Source of the DNA: Amoeboaphelidium protococcarum X5
Lineage: Eukaryota; Fungi; Aphelidiomycota
Direction: 5' to 3'
Assembly: GCA_023515725.1 (NCBI GenBank)
Contig: JALDTO010000158.1
Span: 62,001 to 126,000 of the forward strand
DNA length: 64,000 nucleotides
Position numbers and translations under genes: made by a program. Of this stretch, positions 58,466 through 64,000 are shown one piece after another. The notes under the pieces were generated by a model. It was not told the DNA's origin. It saw only the letters and a program-made list of their open reading frames with translations, and searched no databases. Positions within the stretch are counted from its first letter, which is position 1; each line of letters begins with the position of its first letter.

Positions 58466-59506
58466 TCAATTGAATTTCAACTTCTTGCCAGTGAGGGCGG
58501 AAGTGAAGAGGAGCCGTTACCTTTGACGGTCCATCAGGGTCTGAGCAGTCTCCTGGTATACACTAGACGATTTCACTTTCATATCATCAACATTTCGCCT
58601 TGCAACTAGAACCCTCTGCACAAGAGTCTCCAGCTCGGGATCTTTAGAAGGAAGAGAATCACCAGTAGTAACACCTCCTGCATCAGTAGAAGATGATGCT
58701 TATTGAGTACTATCATTGACATGAACGATATTTACATTCGGACGCCATACATTCGATCTCAACAGTCGCTAACTTTATTATTGCTACTTGTATTCTTTCT
58801 ACTTATCGCCGCCACTGTAATCACCAACGAATAATTCATACTATTACTCTAATGGGAGTGCTCTGCCAGATTTCTAAGCTATAAAGTCATCAATAAGGCA
58901 GTAGAGATTCTTTGATCGCGACACCTTGAGCTTCTCTTGGAACGTGTGCAGAGAGCATATTATCGAATTCTAACACGGAAACGGATTCAGCTTGGATATG
59001 ACACCGCATTTGAAAGCCTCCTAATTAAATCCATCTTCTCGGTCGCTACTATCACCATGAGTACTATGCATTTCATCGAAATCATCATCATATGCATCAA
59101 CCTGGTGGCCGTTCGCGGTATCATTGCCGGACAGATCCATACTATCTCCCAACGCTTAAGCTGCTTCTTCAGCTGAATTGCCAATCTGCTCGGTCGCATC
59201 ATAAATCTCAAGCTACTGATCGTTACACTCAGCGACATGCCGTTCGAGATGACTATGCAATAATACTCTTTCACACTGAGGACACTGAGCATGCTACTCC
59301 TCCTAAAGTGATCCAAATCCAAAAGTGTCCATTAAGCTGCGGTCAAGCACGGGCAAAGTGGCCATGATTTACTCCTCCAGCTTCTTTTACTCTTTGCTGC
59401 GCAACTCATTACTCTTCGAAATTTAAGCATCTACATTGGCCCAGGTGAGACCAACGTTATCCGCAGCCAGATCCTTCGTCGTTCTCCTCTTCCCTTACTG
59501 GCTCAT
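58466..59506 (-). CDS. SGF73: Sgf73/Ataxin-7-like SAGA deubiquitination-module subunit
   Basis: N-terminal ZnF TFG...CPQCERVLLHSHLERHVAEC; SCA7-like CGVI..PFPCQNSIICSLH...KLKV.RS. Confidence 0.68.
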
Positions 59507-59746
59507 ATGAACGTTATTAAATTTCTCGCTTTCAGTTTTTGACGCGACGACGAAGAGACGAATGGAGGTCGTCTGCGACACTCAAACGGCTCAGTGAGAG
59601 TCAGCATGAGATGTTTTTGCTAAAGAATTGACACAAAAATAAGGTCATACAAAACTTTATATAAAGAAAAATCATAATCTATTTTCGGTATTCATTCGTG
59701 ATAAAATTATATAATTGTAGCCACAGACTAATAATTGAGTTCAGGT

Positions 59747-60259
59747 TCAAGCGGAGGAAGCAGAGTTGACCGCGTTGATAACATCTTTATCTGAAGCAGA
59801 GGCGCTAACGGGCACCACAGTGGCCTTCCATGGTTTTGGATAGTCATTCAAACCAGCATGCTGATCAAGCATGGCGACGAATAGCCCGGTGCTAACATCT
59901 TGCAGCGAATTGCCATTGACAATCTTAAACTGACGTGTAGACTTGTCATCAAAGACCAGGTACTACTTGGTGCCAACTTTGATCTTGTCCAAGCCACCGA
60001 TATTAACGCGCTTACCATTGAGAAACAGTGCGCCATCAGGCTTCAGAGTATAGGTGGAATTGCTGTCAACACAATAAGAGAATTTGCGGACCTCATCCAA
60101 AGGACCGCCCAGCTTAATATCATTATCAGCAGCGGGGAAAGAGCAAAAGCTCAGACCAGGCGTGAGCTTATCGACCAGCTTGAATGTAACATCACCAGAA
60201 GTGGCCAGAGCGGAAGACAAGTAGGTGACTGAAGCCAAAGTTAACAGATATTTAAGCAT
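59747..60259 (-). CDS. Small secreted beta-rich protein (~170 aa), unknown function
   Basis: Signal peptide MLKYLLTLASVTYLSSALA; continues through TAG to TGA at 59749-59747. Confidence 0.7.
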
Positions 60260-61061
60260 TTTGATAAAGTATTGAGAGCGCGGTATAAGCTAGTTATTGT
60301 TAAGAGGTATGTAAGAGAATTCTTCGATAGATATGTATGTAGAAAAGAAGAAGAATGTATTTTACTAATTCTAGTTGAGTTTCAAAATCAGCAGTTTTCA
60401 ACTCGTGTTTAATGATTCACGTTAGAACTTGGCTCCAATCAAAAGGCTCCCATTTGCTTTCGCTCTTTTAGAGGTCCCTGATCATATGGTTGACTCTCCT
60501 CAGATCGTGTTTACAATTTGCTGTTAGTTAAATAGAGATTCATCGCTCTTGTTTAGAGGGATTGAGCTTCAATTTAGGTTGCCTTAGAGATGTGGAGGAG
60601 CAATTGAAAAGTATCCCTTTGTGATACGCGAGTGATTGATTGAAACTTTTAAACAGAGCATAATGAAGTTCAAATGGGCTCACTTGCAAACTTTTACTCT
60701 AATTTCTGATAAATTTAAAGCACTCAACACTTTATTATGACATTCTCCAAAACTTGTCTACCTCTTACTGAGACATTACATCATGGAAGCTCAAAGGATA
60801 GATGTAACTTGAGTCCTTTATTGTGCCCCAATCAGAGCAATGGAAACGTTGTTCAGCCGTTGCCAAGTGGCTATTTTTATCCCACGTGATTTGATAAAGC
60901 CTTGAAGATTGCCTGCCCTTTCACTTATACTACCTTAGTGTTGATTGTAATTTTCTTGAGTTAAATTAATACATACATTGCCGTATATACTGCGGTATTT
61001 GAAATTAAAAGCAAATCTAAAGAATTTATAGCAGGACTATACATTTAAAATCAGTACATCA

Positions 61062-62018
61062 ATGTTGAATGGCGTTTAGTTTGGAAACTTCCTCTAGCTC
61101 TGCAATGAAGCACTGCTCCCTGCGTGCTCATTGTTTTTCTATAACAGCACAGAGGCCTTATTGGGATAGTAGTAGTAGACTGATAACACCACCCAGGCCA
61201 CTTTATCTGATCAGCCAAATACGTTAATATCTGCTAGAAGCTTGCAGTGCGAGTTGAAGACATTTTAAATCAATTCCAACTCGTATCGAAATCTTGGAGA
61301 TGTGGCAATAAGCGCAATCAGTGCCCTGCTGGTATTAGTCATGGTTTATCGAGCATTCACAAAGTATGCTGCAGTCGGCAGGAAGGAGATGAATCTTTTA
61401 TTTGGCTGGTACTTTGTCACAATGTGTCTCCAGGTGATCACTACTGGTGGATTTCTACTCACAGAATCAATCAACTAGATCATCAGCGGAATATAGATTG
61501 GATTCATTGTGGGTACTTTCTGGATCCTCATGCTGAACGGTGCCGTAGGCTATCAGCTGGTTGAAGACGGATCTCCGCTGAGCTTCTTCAGCATTCTGTT
61601 GAGTGGTGCCGCTATAACAGCTGGTGTTTCCATTATAGCGCTGGACGCTGCATCGTCTGTACGTCTACTCGGCGGCTCTCTGTCGTCTGGCACTGACAGC
61701 ATCGCTCTATTCGTGGTCTACCTGCTGCTACCTATCGTGTTTACCTTGATATACGTGATATTACAGACGGTGTTGGTGGCCAAGAATCTCGGCGAATAGA
61801 AACCACTGATCAATTTGTACGTTGCTCTTCTCTTTATCATCCTGTCGCAGGTGATGATGTTCGTCCTCAATGTCACCATCTGTCAAGGCACTAGTGGCAA
61901 TGTGGATGGCACTATGTTTGCCACACTTTGCAATCTCGCAGCCATCATTTTTGTATATAGGTTCTGGGATAGTATCACTGAAGACGATTGGGACAATGTG
62001 GACGACATTTTCGTTTGA
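61062..62018 (+). CDS. CHS7: Chitin synthase export chaperone Chs7
   Basis: FGNF..LC....LPACSL, KYAAVGRKEM, LNGAVGYQLVEDGSPLS, ICQGTSGNVDGTMFATLC, VYRFWDSITEDDW. Confidence 0.92.
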
Positions 62019-62143
62019 AGATCTGAGTATGAATGATAGATTTAGTATAATCTATACGATGAGTAGTAAATACATGGTCATAGTGGTGACAGATGGGAAA
62101 GAAGAATAGATTGATATTTAACAACAACAATTCGCAATTTTTA

Positions 62144-62722
62144 TCACGTAAATCTAAATGCATCACTTTCTATTGTAGCCGTGTCTACTCCCAATGGCTT
62201 AATAACGAATTTTTGGGTAAATAGACGCGTCACAGCAGTTTTAGGATCCCGGCCATAAGTAACACTCCCACTACAGGATACCATTACACTTTCAACGTTA
62301 ATTTCCTTATCTACACACACATCATACATTCTCATTTTGCAATCAATATTCATAGAAATTGAGTTATTAAGATAATGTTAGTTACTTAACAAAGGCTGAG
62401 CATCTATTGAGTCAATGTAGTGCCTTGTGGGAGGGAGATCTGTAAGATATTTCGAGAGTTCATTCGCACCAACGTTAATCACATTCCCATTATATACAAC
62501 AGCACTTCCAGCATTGTAACTTGCCCTTATCAATTCCTACTAAAATTCGAGTATATCATCATTGAAAACAGTTTCTGAATATTACGGTCAAGGTGGATTA
62601 ACAGTTACCTATCGATTATTTTAGTCTCCATCCTGAAGCGAGTAATATTCTTTTACAAACTTCTTTGCCAACGTACAGGCTTGCTTTGAATGTTCTTTCA
62701 CTCTATCTGCAGCAGTGTTCAT
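62144..62722 (-). CDS. NXT1: NTF2-related export protein Nxt1, 2 introns
   Basis: AKKFVKEYY, VVYNGN, LPPTRHYIDSIDAQP, VSCSGSVTYG, LFTQKFVI, IESDAFRF. Confidence 0.8.
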
Positions 62723-62938
62723 CTTCAATGTTCAGTTTGTGATAGAATAAACTGACTGACTGATTTACACTTGAGCTTAACGGTACTTGAAAGAGTAGAG
62801 AAAAGCCTTAGGGAATAACGCGCGAAAATCCATCAGAAAGTTCAGTACTAGCATTATCACCAACACTAAACGATTGACGATAGATGGATAAATATGCGTA
62901 TCAATTTAAGAAAATACAAATATATTGTTATGAGAATT

Positions 62939-63316
62939 TCACAGCAATTCTATGGTGCTTACGGTTACTATGTTGGAGTGGGTCTCAAACTATTAATCTT
63001 CTTGCAAGGCTCTTGAGCTATTATCCTGATCATCACCGTCCCCACCTTCTTCTTCTTCATAATGTTCAATCTCTTTGATCTTGTCAATGTACTCTTATAT
63101 CTATTCTTTTTTCATCTTGCGGATGGCTGCACGTTCCTCTTTAAGTATTAGTTCCTTCTTCTTCTCATACTTCTTCTACCGTTCCAGTTTACGCTTATGA
63201 AATCCTGTGAGATACTCTTTACGCGTCATTGGATCCCACTTCACTTCCTCCACAATTTTCTATTTCCTTCGTCCACCTTTAGATTTAAACTTTTGTTTCT
63301 AAACTTATTTCGGCAT
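62939..63316 (-). CDS. RRP17: Rrp17/NOL12 (Nop25 family) ribosome biogenesis factor
   Basis: EEVKWDPMTRKEYLTGFHKRKLER; C-terminal IVTVSTIEL. Confidence 0.85.
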
Positions 63317-63465
63317 TATGATGATATGAGTATAGATTAGAGATTTTGATTAAATTATCCAGCCTTGAATCTCAATGGGTGAAAGATGTGATCGCGTGTT
63401 GATCAAGTGTTTTTGAAAAATTGAAAGTAAACAAAATAATAGATTAGATCATCACTTGACTTTTT

Positions 63466-64000
63466 ATGTCTTCACAACTGAATTCAATGTAAAAGCTACT
63501 TGAGAGTAAAAGATTGTCCGCGATACTTAGTGGAGATTTGATTTAGATTGAATCTAAATGCTTTAGACATTCATCATAAGCGAATGCTTTGGGATATCAA
63601 GTTCGTTTTGCGTAGTCACTGGCTAAGAAGTAGTAGTAGGCTTCATCTCCATCGCCTTAATCTGATACCTCTATTGCAAAGTATTCAAATTCAAATGATG
63701 AAGTGGCAAAATCTCCATTCATTCAAGCTTCACCGTAACTTGTTATCGACAACGATTTCACACAGAGCCACAGGGTGTTATTCAACAAGTTTGCCATTGT
63801 CCCTCATCATGTGCTAATTGTCACTAAAGGTAATGATTTGGAATTGATATGAATTATTTTATTTCCAATCTACCATGATTTTGTAGAGTTCCGCAATTAA
63901 CATTCTGGGATGGATAGAGACGATTTTGATGCCGTTATTAGATGGTACTAAAGCGCCCCCAATTCGTTGACTGTTGATGGTGAACAATACGACAATATAA
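63466..64000 (+). CDS. APA2: Ap4A phosphorylase / ATP adenylyltransferase (Apa1/Apa2 family), 3'-truncated; intron ~63830-63886
   Basis: A..SGDL, VRFAQSLAKK, NPF, HRVLFNKFAIVPHHVLIVTKEFRNQ...DDF. Confidence 0.8.

Overview
Gene-dense, AT-rich eukaryotic nuclear DNA that does not use the standard genetic code. TAA and TAG are read as Gln and only TGA terminates (translation table 6 behaviour), so the supplied ORF track is fragmented. Re-translated by hand with TAR=Gln, the window holds about 30 mostly intact genes with very short spacers and short GT-AG introns that nearly all end in TGTAG. The genes are ARH1/FDXR, TRM6, HRQ1, DBP7, a GCK-III STE20 kinase, a KDM4-like demethylase, COX4/5, an ependymin/LolA-like secreted protein, a ~3650-aa Ser/Thr-rich type I membrane protein with a beta-propeller-like head, USP10/UBP3, NAA35, a single-KH protein, RMD1, FAM102, Ub-RPS27A, FAM92/CIBAR, two tandem signal-peptide/TM/RING paralogs, NACA, RNASEH2C, PRL phosphatase, PMT, SFT2, IES2-like, MIC26, an orphan membrane protein, METTL2/TRM140, NOT1, SGF73/ATXN7, a small secreted protein, CHS7, NXT1, RRP17 and APA. 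Fungal markers (CHS7, PMT2-type, HRQ1) together with a basal-body gene (FAM92) and TAR=Gln point to an early-diverging fungal relative. The best fit is an aphelid such as Amoeboaphelidium protococcarum, where this code has been reported (inference, not verified). No tRNA, rRNA, CRISPR array or transposon could be supported. All coordinates come from manual reading.
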